Assembly: GCA_051294375.1 (NCBI GenBank)
Contig: CM119264.1
Span: forward strand, 27,777,949 to 27,825,873
DNA from: Paraspadella gotoi
Lineage: Eukaryota > Animalia > Chaetognatha
DNA: 47,925 nt
Reading direction: 5' to 3'
Shown here: in pieces, positions 35,341-47,925 of the stretch
How the letters are laid out: the number at the start of each line of letters is the position of its first letter
Numbering within the stretch: position 1 is the stretch's first letter
Translations under genes and position numbers: made by a program
The notes under the pieces: model-generated
What the model was told of the DNA's origin: nothing
What the model saw: the letters and a program-made list of their open reading frames with translations, nothing else
The model's database searches: none

Positions 35341-38084
35341 ATAATAATAAAAATAAATAAATACAATAAATAAAAATAAAATCAAATACAAAATAAAAAA
35401 TACAAATACAAAAAATTACAAAATACAAAATACAAAAATACAAAATTACAAATACAAAATACAAATACAAAATAAAAAAATACAAATACACAAATTACAA
35501 AAATAAAAATAAAAAATAAAAAAATGAAGAAAATGAAGAAAATGAGAATGAAGAATGAAAAAATGAAAAATGAAAAAATGAAAATTGAAAAATGAAAAAT
35601 AATAAATAAATAAATAAATAAATAATAAATAAATAATATAAATTAATTAATTAATCTTAATTAATTAAGGTGAATGAAATGATGAAACTCTAAATTTAAA
35701 AATTATCGTTTCAAACGAGTGTATTTAAAACTGATCGATCCTTTTTCTATTTTGCGCTGTGGAATTGAAGCGGACGTTGGACCGGTTAACTCGAACCATC
35801 CGAAGTTTATATCAAGTGTCGAGTATTGTTGTCGTTGTTGTCGGTACTGTTGAGATGACATAAAACCCATTTATAGTAGAATAAATTTTCAAAATTGTTA
35901 GAAATAGCTACACGTAATCGTGCTACTAATCGAACAGTAAAACTTGCTGTGAATTTATACCAAAAAAAAAAAATCGAATTATAGTTTTACTATGTTCTTT
36001 TCCTCGTGACAAAAAAAAAGAAGAATGATTGGTACGTATGGGAAGTAAGATATAAATATTCATTAACTTTATCAAATATTACGTAAAACTCTTTCTCGTT
36101 GATCCTAATCTCGTCGTGATTATTTTCTTGTCGATTAAATTGAAGGCATCGACTTTTGTCACGTGACTAATTTTCATCGATTCGAACGACGAACTCAGTG
36201 AATTCTCGATCGCAACCCTTCCCCCCCCCTCTCCCCCTGTTTATCGCCCGTTCCTCGCCTCCCCCCCCCCCTTAAAATCCCTCCCACCGCCCTCCTTGTC
36301 GGCCGTCGGTTCGCGCCGGTTGGAACAGGAGATGGGATGCCTACTTCCAAGGTGCATCCCAAAGAGTGAAAAAATGTCCGGGCGCTCAGAAATATAAGGT
36401 GATAACTTGGGAGGTCTTGTCCGACGGGTTTATTCGAATTTAAGGGCTGTTGATGAATTGCGTCGATAAAGATCCGCATGTCAATTTATTAATATCACAT
36501 ATCCGATGAAGTTTATAATAGATATATCTATCTGCGAGAGGAGTATATGTACCTTTTGATCAGATCACTTCCTCGATATAATTGGAGGCGAAAATCAATT
36601 TTCATTCAACTCGTTGCTTTCCTAAATCATTTTTTCATTTGCTTTCATATTTCGTTAATTTTATTTTTTTTTTGTTTATGTATACATCATTTATTTTTAT
36701 TAAGCGACTCGCTAAATTTATCAATTTTATTTTCAATTTATTAAAATAATTTTTTGGAGAAAAAAAAATGATCTGAATCGGGCAGTAAACATTTTTATTT
36801 GAATTGGATTATTATTGTCGCGGGATTTGTTTCTTATTAATATTTCTTTTATTTCTCTACAGCTCGACGAGAGATTCACATCTCCTATTCACATTTTTCG
36901 CATTTGTCTTTAATCCGGTCACAGTTTCCTTTCCTAGCTTTGTCTATCTTTGTCTTATTAATAACTCAATGCGTTGATTCCTCGGGTGCATCTTCACTTT
37001 GGCTTATTGCCTCGCATCGCCCTTCTCTTGCTCTAACTGCGCTATCATCGCTCAGATGAATCTCCATGTGCAGACAAAATTGATCTTCTTTTACTCTGAA
37101 TCGTTGGCGAAGGTCATAGACAGATCTGCGACAAGTCTCTGAGCCGTTTTCGAGTCATTTGAAGCAGACCGATGTAAGGTGGAAGGAGAGAGAGTAGAGA
37201 GAGAGAGGAGAGAGAGGAGAAGAGAGAGAGAGAGAGAGAGGGAGAGGAGAGGAGAGAGAGCGTTGATAGTTCAAACAGAGGACAATAACCCGGGATGTGT
37301 AAGTGGCAGAGATTTTGCGGTGATGAATCAAAAAATTTTCGCGTTTTTCTCTCTCTCTCTCTCTTCTCTCTCTCGCTCTCTCTCTTCTCTCTCTCTCTCT
37401 CTCTCTTCTCTTCTTCTCTTGCTCACACGCCATATCGCAACACAGAGAGATTTTTCACGGAAAGTAAGTTTGATTCATGAGGAAGTCTCTTCGTAGTCGT
37501 CCTCATCTCTTATCAGAGAGGGGAGAGAGAGAGGAGAGAGAGAGGAGAGAGAGAGAGAAGGAGAGAGAGAGGAGAGAAGAGAGATGAGAGAGATGCGTGA
37601 GCAGCTTATCATTTACTGCGGAAAGGGAGGAAAATGTCGTGATTTATTGTCCTTTGTTGCTTTTTTGCCTTTTTTTTCTGTGAATTCTTCACACTTTTTT
37701 CCACTTGTTCATTTTTTTTTCGGTTGGTTCTTCACGAAGTAGTACTTTCTATCTATTTATTATTTATATTATTTTATTATTTAATTTATTTATTTATTTA
37801 TTTATTATTTATTTATTTATTTATATTTATTTTTTTATTTATTTATTTAATATTTATTTTTTTTAATTTATTTATTTATTTCTTTTTTTTTTATTATTCA
37901 TTTGTTATTTCTTTTATTGATTTATTTATCATTTGTTTATATATTATTATATTATTATTTTTATTTATTCATTTTTTTATTTCTTTATTTATTTATTTAA
38001 TCATTTGTTTATTTATGAATGGTCAACATATGAAATTATCCATCATTTAATAATAAGCATCTTGCCTGCTTTGGAAGGCTTGTG
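35340..38084 (+). repeat. Noisy inverted duplicate of about 872-3750 (MAT upstream region, exon 1 and part of intron 1)
   Basis: For example 35686-35760 is the reverse complement of about 3360-3450; the copy also spans the N gaps at 1422-1499 and 2782-2884. Confidence 0.92.
37056..37178 (+). pseudogene. MAT: MAT exon 1, noisy copy
   Basis: atgaatctccatgtgcagac...ctctgaatcgttggcgaaggtcat...catttgaagcagaccgatgtaag|gt, a deletion-rich version of 1989-1864 plus 1503-1517. Confidence 0.88.
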
Positions 38085-38275
38085 ATCTCCTCTTTAAAAA
38101 AAAAAAAACGAAATGGTAAATAGAAAAATAAATTTTGAATTCATGATTTATTTATATCTTGTGTCATTTTTTTTATCTCATAAATAGGACCTGAGCCTTT
38201 TGAGTTGAGAAAAAAATATTTTATTAGTTAAATAAACTCGTGAAATTTACGGTTCGAGTGAGATCCGCTAGTCGG

Positions 38276-38377
38276 CCTGTCATCATTGTCATGTGACTCG
38301 AAAGAAAAGAAAGACATCCCTGTCATTATTGTCATGTGACTCGATAGAGAAAAATGACATGCCTGTCATCATTGTCA
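38276..38377. repeat. About 43-bp tandem repeat x2.4
   Basis: cctgtcatcattgtcatgtgactcga(a/t)aga...gacat repeated. Confidence 0.85.
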
Positions 38378-39112
38378 TTTCCCTCGTCATCATCATCCAT
38401 ATCGTCGTCGTCGTCGTCGTCGTCGTCTCTGTCTCCATCTCACTCGTGGTGATGAATGAGAGTTGGAGTCGAAAAGTCTCACTGGAGGCGGAAAACCCAA
38501 ATGACTCCGAAATCTGTTGTAATCAAAAAATCATCATCCGAGCTGAGGGTAATAGTAGGGCGGATCGAAATGACGAAGACATCGAATGTTGTAAAAATTA
38601 AATTTAGTGAAAAATTAGATTTTTTTAAATATTGTAATAGTATTTGAAGCAGAGATTAAGCTCTAAAAATTGCTATTAAGTTAATTATTTGTAAAAGGCC
38701 AATTTTAGTTTCTTATTTTTTACGATATAAATCAACCTAACGATTCTACAAAAATTGAAAAATTTGAAGAATCGCATCAAAAAATCCGCGTCGACGACAT
38801 CGACCGTGGGGGGGGGACTGGGTGCGGTGGTGGCCAGGCAGATGGCGAAGGAGATGGCGAGGACGATGGCAACAAAGGGGATAGAAGTGGCTAAAATATT
38901 ACAAATAGATATCATTCTTACTCATAATAGAAAAGACGCATATTAAATTTTGAATGAGATGGCACCAGGTGCGTTGGTGCGTAATTAGGTACAAAGCTTT
39001 TGCAAGCATGGTGGGGTATGAGATTTGAAAAGATTCAAGATGTTAAACTCATGGTGTTCGGAGAGAGAGAGAGACGAGACGATGAGAGAGCGCGAGAGAG
39101 AGAGAGAGAGAC

Positions 39113-39148
<36 letters not shown>

Positions 39149-41199
39149 AAGTAACTATTGCTGCAACACAGATACTTTAAAAACAATCAAAATATAAGTT
39201 TTGTAGTCAAATAAGCAAAAATAAGAGCAACTACTACAATACCGAATGAAAATAGTTAAGGTTTTTTTCTCCTCTTCGCCATCATCATCACATTATCATC
39301 ATCATCATCATCAGAATCATTATCATCATCATCATCATCATCATCCTCAAAGCTACTTCCCAGCTCTACCTTCTGATCCCCACATGGAAGGAGGAAAAAA
39401 GCCTTGGGAGATCCGAGGCAGAAAAATACATTTTTAAGGTCGTTAATATTTTAAGAGGAGGAATAAAGAAAAGAAGAAAGGAGTTTTAAGGAGGAAAAAA
39501 TAAAGGGGAAAAAAAAGGAAAAAAAGGAGTTGAAATTAAGGAGTTGGAATGAACGAGGATCTTTCACCGGAAGTACCAGACGATGGGGAGGCGTGGCACT
39601 TTGAACAAAAATGAAAATATACAAAAATATGTTCAATTTCTTTAAAACCAACTTATAATAGGAAGAGTTAAATGCAAACAAATAATTATTTTTTTACCAA
39701 TAATTTCACTCTTTCATTATTTACTTTTAAAATTGTTAATAAACCAAAGAAATAAAACAGAAATTAAAAGAGAAACAAACCTGGAAACACCGTCGTCTGT
39801 TCCGTAGAGAGAAAATCTCCGGTTTTTAAAAAAACGATAAAAATCGAACGATTTTTCTCTCCTCAAATTATTTCAAGTTTTTTTTGTTTTTTTTTTATTA
39901 TTTTTATCATTATTTTTTTTTTCTCCTTTTGTTTTTATCTTTGACTCATTCCGTCTCGGGTCTCCATCTCTCCTATATTTTTCTATATTTATTTATTTCT
40001 TTTAACTTTTCAAGTTGTCTTCTTGCTACTTTTCTTCAATTATCTTTCCTTTCTTAATTCTTATACCATTTTTTCCTTTCTCTTTCTTTTCTTGCTCTTT
40101 CTTTTCTTTTACTTAATTCTAGTTATTCTTTTCTTTTCTCTCTTCCAACTTTTTTTATTCATTAATTCTTTAATTCATTCATTCATTCATTCATTCATTC
40201 ATTCATTCATTTATTCATTCATTCATTCATTCATTCTTTTTCGTTTCTTTCATTCCTCCCTGCCTTCCGTGCTGCAGCCCCCAGCGCTGCAGCCCCCCGC
40301 GCTGTAGCCACCCCCTCTCCTCCCCCATCCTAAAAAAAAGACCCAAAAATGTCGATTGAGAAAAATGGGGTGAAAAATCTGGTTAATGACAATAAAGAAA
40401 GAAAGAAAGAAAAAAAAAAGAAATTAATTTCCCTCGATCCTTCATCGAACCTTTTCGCTCGTTTGACTTTAATTTCTTTAAAATTTAAAAAACACGAGGA
40501 TTAATCGATTAAAAATTAAATTTATTAGTTTTATTATTTTCAAATCTCTTATTTTCGCATCTGTACTTTCAGGAGGAAGGGCTCCGCGTGGCAGCCAATG
40601 CGTCGGACATAAACTGATAAAGAGTTATTTATTTTTCAGGCAAAAAAAAAAATATCTTCATTATGAAAATTTGTATTTCTCGCAACGAAATAGGCTTTTA
40701 TCTTTGCGTACCTGTGTTTAGCAAATTTTACCTTTAATCAGCAAGAGTCAACAGCCCAATATTCGCTCGAAACATTTAAGGCAAAACACGAAACAATTTT
40801 GTTACAAAAATAAACATTTTATTTCTGATACTACTAAAAAGAAGAAAAAAACCCACCAGTTTACATGAATGATAATTTTTTTATATTAACTCTCCGATTT
40901 TTGCTAAAACATTTTTAAACGACATCGAGAACTCTCGACGTTTTTCTCCCGAGGAATCATCATTGTTATTGAGATTTTTCTTGTCTAAATATTTATTCCC
41001 TTTCTTCCTCTTTCACCTCAAATTTCGATTTGTGATGACAATTGTTTTTTCTCGGTTCCTTTTCTTTTTTCGAGAATCTTATCCTCTTCCTCCTCCTCTT
41101 CTTCCTCCTCCTCCTCTTTTTCCTCCTCCCCCTCCTCCTCCTCCTGTCACAGTAAGTCGCGAAATGTCGTCTCCAAACATTTGACAAAATTACCGCGGA

Positions 41200-41890
41200 T
41201 TCCTTCTCCCATCTCTTCTCCCCTCTATTCTCCCATCTTTTCTCCCCTCTCTTCTCTTATCTCTTCTNNNNNNNNNNNNNNNNNNNNNNNNNNNNNNNNN
41301 NNNNNNNNNNNNNNNNNNNNNNNNNNNNNNNNNNNNNNNNNNNNNNNNNNNNNNNNNNNNNNNNNNNNNNNNNNNNNNNNNNNNNNNNNNNNNNNNNNNN
41401 NNNNNNNNNNNNNNNNNNNNNNNNNNNNNNNNNNNNNNNNNNNNNNNNNNNNNNNNNNNNNNNNNNNNNNNNNNNNNNNNNNNNNNNNNNNNNNNNNNNN
41501 NNNNNNNNNNNNNNNNNNNNNNNNNNNNNNNNNNNNNNNNNNNNNNNNNNNNNNNNNNNNNNNNNNNNNNNNNNNNNNNNNNNNNNNNNNNNNNNNNNNN
41601 NNNNNNNNNNNNNNNNNNNNNNNNNNNNNNNNNNNNNNNNNNNNNNNNNNNNNNNNNNNNNNNNNNNNNNNNNNNNNNNNNNNNNNNNNNNNNNNNNNNN
41701 NNNNNNNNNNNNNNNNNNNNNNNNNNNNNNNNNNNNNNNNNNNNNNNNNNNNNNNNNNNNNNNNNNNNNNNNNNNNNCTCTTCTCCCATCTCTTCTCCCA
41801 TTTCTTCTCCCATCTCTTCTCCCATCTCTTCTCCCTTCTCTTCTACCATCTCTTCTCCCTTCTCTTTTCCCATCTCTTCTCCCATCTCTT
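41200..41890. repeat. 12-bp minisatellite (ctcttctcccat)n flanking a 510-N gap
   Basis: Unit visible on both sides of the gap; gives LFSH/EEMG spurious ORFs. Confidence 0.9.
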
Positions 41891-42081
41891 AACCTCCAAA
41901 TCGCAATCGAAGTTCGATTGTCTCTTTTCGTCCGACTTCCTTTGGTCGCAGGATGTTGAGAGGAGGAAGAGAAGGAGGAAAAGGAGAAAGAGGAAGAGGA
42001 AGAGAAGGAGGAAAAGAAGGAGAAAGCAAAGGAGGAGAACAAGACGAAAAAAATGAAGAAGAATAAGAAGGAGAATTTCAA

Positions 42082-42127
<46 letters not shown>

Positions 42128-42413
42128 GAAGGATATTAAAGATTTATAATTATAAAGAAGCAAAACAAAAAATCAAACATTGTTTGAATGAATATTAAAG
42201 AAATAACGATAAAAGCGATTAATTTAAACCAAAAAATGTTAAAATGTAATAAGTTAATGTGAATAAGCATGAAACTGAGAGGGAAGTTAAAGAATTCCGT
42301 TTTAGAATAAAAATAAAGAGAAAAAATAGAGAAAGAAGGAAAAAGATTGACTGATGCCAGATTGAAACCGTTAAACGAAACCAAAACAGAAAAAAATACA
42401 TGTAAAACAGAGG

Positions 42414-42414
<1 letters not shown>

Positions 42415-42491
<77 letters not shown>
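42415..42491. repeat. (GA)n microsatellite (one of many in the window)
   Basis: Perfect GA run. Confidence 0.95.
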
Positions 42492-42494
<3 letters not shown>

Positions 42495-43883
42495 CGGCCC
42501 AATCTCCAGCTGATCCCGTTTTCCTCGGGGCAGAGATCGGATTTGAAAAGACATAAAAGAGAATCTTATTTTTTTTTCTCCTCTCAACATTTGTTCTTCC
42601 AGGGATTTTTTTTGCTCCAAAATCGATAAAGTCTTTGGTAAATATTGAGTTACAGCTGCTTTTTGCGGCTCCGGGATTTTTAATTGAGCCCCAGTAGTTT
42701 TTTTTTCTGTGTAAAAGTCCCGTTAGTTAATTTATTTTACTTTCTGGTTTGTGAAAGTCGTGGGCTGGGAAGATGGGTATCTAGCTAAAGGTAGGTACTA
42801 AACTAACTAGTCTCTCACCCAGGGAAAAAGAAGGTAAGAAGAGGTAAGGAATATAATTGTTAATGGGTAAATAGCTAACACAAAGGAACAAGGGTACATA
42901 AAAAAGAGGGAGAAGGGAGAGGGAAGGTTTGGAGACGACCGATGACCGCGAGAGGAGAAGTTGAACTAGTGAGTCGATCCTCCAAGACTCTATTCGCGTG
43001 ACTCGGGGATGAAGAGGAGGGGACGACGAGGGGAGGAGAAGGCGTTGAGAGGGGGAAGAGAAGGCCACCGGGGGAGAGAGAGAATCTGGCGGTAAGGGTG
43101 AGCCTCTATCTGTGCCCCTCTCTGGTCGGAGACGACCACATTGGGTCTTGAATGTCACAGGTGGCGTCGCAATCATCTTGGTGGTGGGCGTGGAATTTGT
43201 GGAGAGGTAGGGAAGAGGTGATGCTGGCCGGGTTCAGGCGGATGGGTGGGGTGGAGCGCCATTTTTGGGCGGGGGATGTTGTCTTTAGCTCCTCTAGAGT
43301 CGAAGCTTGAATTGGACTTTGTAGAACGAAGCGCTGGGTCCAAAAGGCCTGGAACCGGAAAGTCGCCTTGGAGTCTCGTGGACGGAGGGTGGAAAAGGCG
43401 GAAGGCAATTGGTTTCCTCGGCCTTGAGTCTTGCAAGCGGGGTTGGCTTTTTGGGGAGGGGATGGAGGGTACAATTGCTCAAAGGAGGAGAGGGAAGGCA
43501 CCACTACTTTTAAATAATTCAATATTGAATTTTGTTTGGTTTTTTTTTTTGTTTTGTAGGAAAACTAAAATATAATTGGGTCTTAGCAAGGAAATCGCGA
43601 CATGTACTAAAAAAAGTGTTTAATAAAAAGGGGGTAATAAAATCAGCCAAATTTCTGCAGAAAGTTTAGCGGGAAAAACATGACGGAAAGAAAAAAATAT
43701 GTAACTTTGGATTGAATCATACTGTGAGATTAACAAATAAAACACACTAACGAATTAAGAACCATACAATCTAAATATGAAACTAAAAAAAAGTTTCAAT
43801 GATAAATTCAAATTTTTTTTATTTTTTTTTAAATTTCTAAAATTCGAAACTTACGGGAAAGATGGCAAAAAAAAAGGTGTTTG

Positions 43884-44804
43884 TAAATCATACGTGTGAA
43901 CTAAGAATAAAAATGCACGCTAACCCGGGAAAAAAAATTTGGGGAATTTAAAAAAACTCGGCAAGGAAATTATCAACGGGAAGCCAACTTATTGGTTAAG
44001 GGAAAATTGTAAATGTTTACAATATTTTCAGTTTGAAAGTAAGAATTTTTAATCCGCAGAAACTAAATTAATACTTTTGGGGAGTTTCAAAGAAAAATTT
44101 ATGCCAATAATGGAGAGAGGAGGGGTGTAGGAGTGGGGTAACAAAAGGGCAGAGAGCAGGAGTTTGGCGAGAAGACGTTCCATGGAGCAGGTGTGCTGCA
44201 GATCACCGTAATGAGAAAGATGATGACGTTTGACCGGGGAGAATTTCGCCGGAGAGTCGCCGAGAGAGGTTGAAGTTCGAAAGGGGTAATTTTTTTTTTG
44301 TTGATATTTTCATGATTTCGGGAGTTCGTATGAAGGGAAGAGAGAGAGGGAGAGCGTGGGATGGGGGGGTGAGGAGAGTAATGAGAGAAAGGCGCCCTAA
44401 TCGCTATCGCCGGCGCCGTAGTCGTCGCCATCGTACGTCGTCATAGTCCTTCGCCGTTTCAGTTGCCATCGCCGTTGGCCATCGCCTCCGAGTCCCAGTT
44501 TCGACCTAAAGGATGACTCCGTACCTATCTGGATAGTGAAATTGAGAATGGTTTAAATATGTTAATTGGTGATATATATATATATATTGTGATGTTATAC
44601 TTTATTTAATACTGGGAATGAGTTTGACTAAATCGTTGTATTTGGTTTATTAAAATAATTTATTTTGCTTTTGTTTTTAAGTAAAATTCGGCAAGGAACA
44701 AGGCAAGGAATTTGTTGTTTTTGTTTTTTTATTACTCAAACGCATACTTTACAATACTTTGTTTTTTTTTTATTACTCAACCATACTTAATATAAGTTTG
44801 TACT
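43884..44804 (+). repeat. About 0.9-1-kb direct repeat, copy 1 (copy 2 at 46917-47925)
   Basis: From gtaaatcatac to ccatacttaatataagtttgtact; copies differ by small indels and an N gap. Confidence 0.92.
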
Positions 44805-46916
44805 GTATGATGTCCTTCAATGATGGTTGAACCAAGGATAATGGTGAGTCGCTGAACTGGACGCATCTTTCTTTCCTGGAGATGAGTCCAGCAAGAGAAA
44901 TACCTGAGCTGAGAAGTTAAATTAGAGAGTTTGGATTGATTAAGATAGAGATGAAGCCTGATCAGGAAATTAGTGAAGGGAAGAGAAGAAAACGGAGAAC
45001 AAATGAGAGGCTGGAAGAGAAACAAGAGCGCAAGAGAGAAAGCACGAACGACAAATTAAATGATTTTTGGGTGAAGAATATCCAGACAGAAATGAGGTAG
45101 GAAGGAGACCTTGAGCACAGACCGTTCATGGTTTCAGAGAGGGAAAAGCATTTTTTGTCGTGAGTTTCATAGTAACTGCCAAACTCAGAAATTTGAAGAC
45201 CATTGGGCAATGGGCATGGGGGGACTTTGTTTGGAATTCATTGTAATTGCATTTTTTTTTGGCTCTCATTTAATTCATTGTCGAGGCATTTGTGGCAAGT
45301 CATTGTTTTAATAAATTGTATTAGAGGTTATCAAGGGTAAAATCAATATTCTGGTTCTAGTTAACAGTCGTTTATTGTCCTTTTGTCGGCGCTTCCTTCT
45401 TTGTCCACTACGCTTGTTAAGCTAGTGAAATATACATTCACATCATAAAGGGGTTGTGTGATCATAAGCACTCACATGAAAGGTTTTACTTTCAAATTTT
45501 TTTCCTCCTTCATGGGCAATTCTTCAACGCCAATGAGCATTGGCAATATTGTGTAATCAACTGGTAATGGCCGCTAGTATTTTTTTTCTCAGATTTCCAA
45601 TTTTTTGCTCTCATTGAAATTTCTTGTAAATATAGAAGAGTAATGAATTATTTTTACTGGACTCATCCCAGCGAAATGGTAAAAAATTAGTTATGTGGAA
45701 AAAAAGGTTGAATAATTTTTTTTTTCTGAAAAATCCGGACTATTGTTCCTTGGCCAGTCTGCTGTAGTTATACTGTATTTTCAATAGAATTTGTTTCCAT
45801 TGTTAAAATATGGTGATGAGTCGCGTCTGCCTTTGGAAGTTGGTTGAGCTCTGAAGAAAGTTGCTCAAGTGGAAATAAGATCGTGAAGCCTGTAGAGGGA
45901 AGGGAGCTCTGGGGCGCTGATTGATCGCGGGAATGCTGGTTGCTTTGAGGTGATTGTTGCGTCGTGATTGTTTACCACGTTTCCATGTATTTCTGCCAAA
46001 GATCCGCATGGCTTTGGTTCGTTTCCTTCAATTTGATGTGACAAAGTCGCCTACTTGACGCAAGAGGAAGGGATACTTTGGCGTTTTGCTAGGTTTTGGT
46101 CTTAATGCCTCGTTTTTCTAAGTGGAATTGGGACTTTTGAAAGGGTAGAATCTTGATGGGACGGCGATGATGCTTTGGTGGCTTTGTCTTGAAAGTTGAC
46201 GTTGAGAATGGAATCTTCATATTTTTTTCTCATTCTTTTTATTTTCTCTCTCTATGGTTCAGTGTCTGATTTCTCAATATAGTGAAACATCTTTGGTGGC
46301 GCTTGGATTTATTACGTAAATCAAAGCTCAGAGGCCTACTCTTTTCATGTGGAACGTGACCGAGAGTCCAGTGAGGGTGTTGGAAGGCGGAGGGGGCGAG
46401 GAGGCAGGAGTCGACGTGGTGGGCAGAGAGGGGTGTGGAAGGACGTGGAGGATGCAGAAGCAGGGGAGGAGGCGGAGGACATTTAATATGCTGGATGAGT
46501 CTGAAAAGTGTCTTTACTGGAGAACGGCCTAGATGAACGGCATTAAGATTCTATCTAGAACATTCTTTTAATTAATTGAAATACAATTTCCTATATTTTC
46601 TTTTCTTATTCTTGCTTTTTCAAATTGCTAACAAGCAGCGGTTCCCTTTCTTTTATCGTTTGGGAAAGCTCTACTCGAGTTTTTGTTGCCAGCTCTCAGT
46701 TTTGTTAAGAGACGTTGGTAGGTTCTCACAGATTGGGTAATCTTAATTCCTTGTCCGTTAAATTTTGTTTTTGAATTTTTTTGTGGTTCTTGGTAAAACA
46801 TTGGAAGAAAATTGAATAATCCTGTTTGGGCAAACATTTTGGCCTGTTTTGCCTTAAATATTAGTGGAAATTGGCTCCTTTTTGGAAGATTTTTTGATTT
46901 AGGAGTGGTTTNNNNN

Positions 46917-47925
46917 NNNNNNNNNNNNNNNNNNNNGTAAATCATACTGTGAAACTAAGAAATAAAATGCACTACGGAATGATAAAACTCGCAAGGAAAT
47001 TATTCAACGGGAAGCAACTTTTGTTAAGAGGAAAATTGTAAAATGTTTACAATATTTTCAGTTTGAAAGTAAGAAATTTTTAATCCAGAAACTAAAATTA
47101 TACTTTTTGGGGAGTTCAAAGAAAATTTATGCAATAATGGAGAGAGGAGGGGTGTATGGAGTGGGGTAACAAAAGGGCAGAGAGCAGGAGTTTGGCGAGA
47201 AGACGGTTCCATGGAGGTTGCTGCAGATCACCGTGATGAGAAAGATGATGACGTTGACCGGGAGATTTCGCCGGAGAGTCGCCGAGAGAGGTTGAAGTCG
47301 GAAGGGGTAATTTTTTTGTTGATATTTTCATGATTCGGGAGTTCGTATGAAGGGAAGAGAGAGAGGGAGAGCGTGGGATGGGGGGGAGAGGAGAGTAATG
47401 AGAGAAAGGCGCCATCGCTATCGCCGGCGCCGTAGTCGTCGCCATCGTCGTCGTCATAGTCTTCGCCGTTTCAGTTGCCATCGCCGTTGCCATCGCCTCC
47501 GAGTCCCAGTTCGACCTAAAGGATGACTCCGTACCTATCTGGATAGTGAAATTGAGAATGGTTTAAATATGTTATTGTGATATATATATATATATTGTGA
47601 TTGTTTAACTTATTTAATACTGGGAATGAGTTTGACTAANNNNNNNNNNNNNNNNNNNNNNNNNNNNNNNNNNNNNNNNNNNNNNNNNNNNNNNNNNNNN
47701 NNNNNNNNNNNNNNNNNNNNNNNNNNNNNNNNNNNNNNNNNNNNNNNNNNNNNNNNNNNNNNNNNNNNNNNNNNNNNNNNNNNNNNNNNNNNNNNNNNNN
47801 NNNNNNNNNNNNNNNNNNNNNNNNNNNNNNNNNTTTGTTGTTTTTGTTTTTTTTTATTACTCAACCATACTTTACAATACTTTGTTTTTTTTTATTACTC
47901 AACCATACTTAATATAAGTTGTACT
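46917..47925 (+). repeat. About 0.9-1-kb direct repeat, copy 2
   Basis: Matches 43884-44804; contains the minus-strand ORF 47116-47493. Confidence 0.92.

Noticed and set aside
38293-39437. Short ORFs with poly-Val, poly-His and AKEMARTMA stretches
   Set aside because: Driven largely by GTC and CAT microsatellites; no recognisable domain or consistent splice model.

Overview
Eukaryotic (animal-like) draft-assembly sequence with GT-AG introns, AT-rich and microsatellite-rich DNA and many N gaps; most ORFs in the supplied track are repeat noise. Two spliced genes can be rebuilt by hand. (1) S-adenosylmethionine synthetase (MAT): clean exons 1-3 on the minus strand at 1-1989, plus an indel-riddled plus-strand copy of exons 2-7 (4022-12592) and of exon 1 (37056-37178). 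(2) A five-exon plus-strand gene (16537-24289, about 559 aa, all intron phases consistent) encoding the C-terminal SAM-binding regulatory domain of MTHFR with no recognisable catalytic domain. About 38 kb of the window is this one locus repeated in inverted, error-rich copies, most likely long-read gap-filling artefacts. Once unfolded, MAT and the MTHFR-regulatory-domain gene sit head-to-head, about 2.6 kb ATG to ATG. METTL16-type UACAGA motifs occur just after the MAT stop codon and in MAT intron 1. The last 10 kb is repeat-rich, with a 1-kb direct duplication and unidentified exon-like patches. Repeat boundaries are approximate (read by eye).
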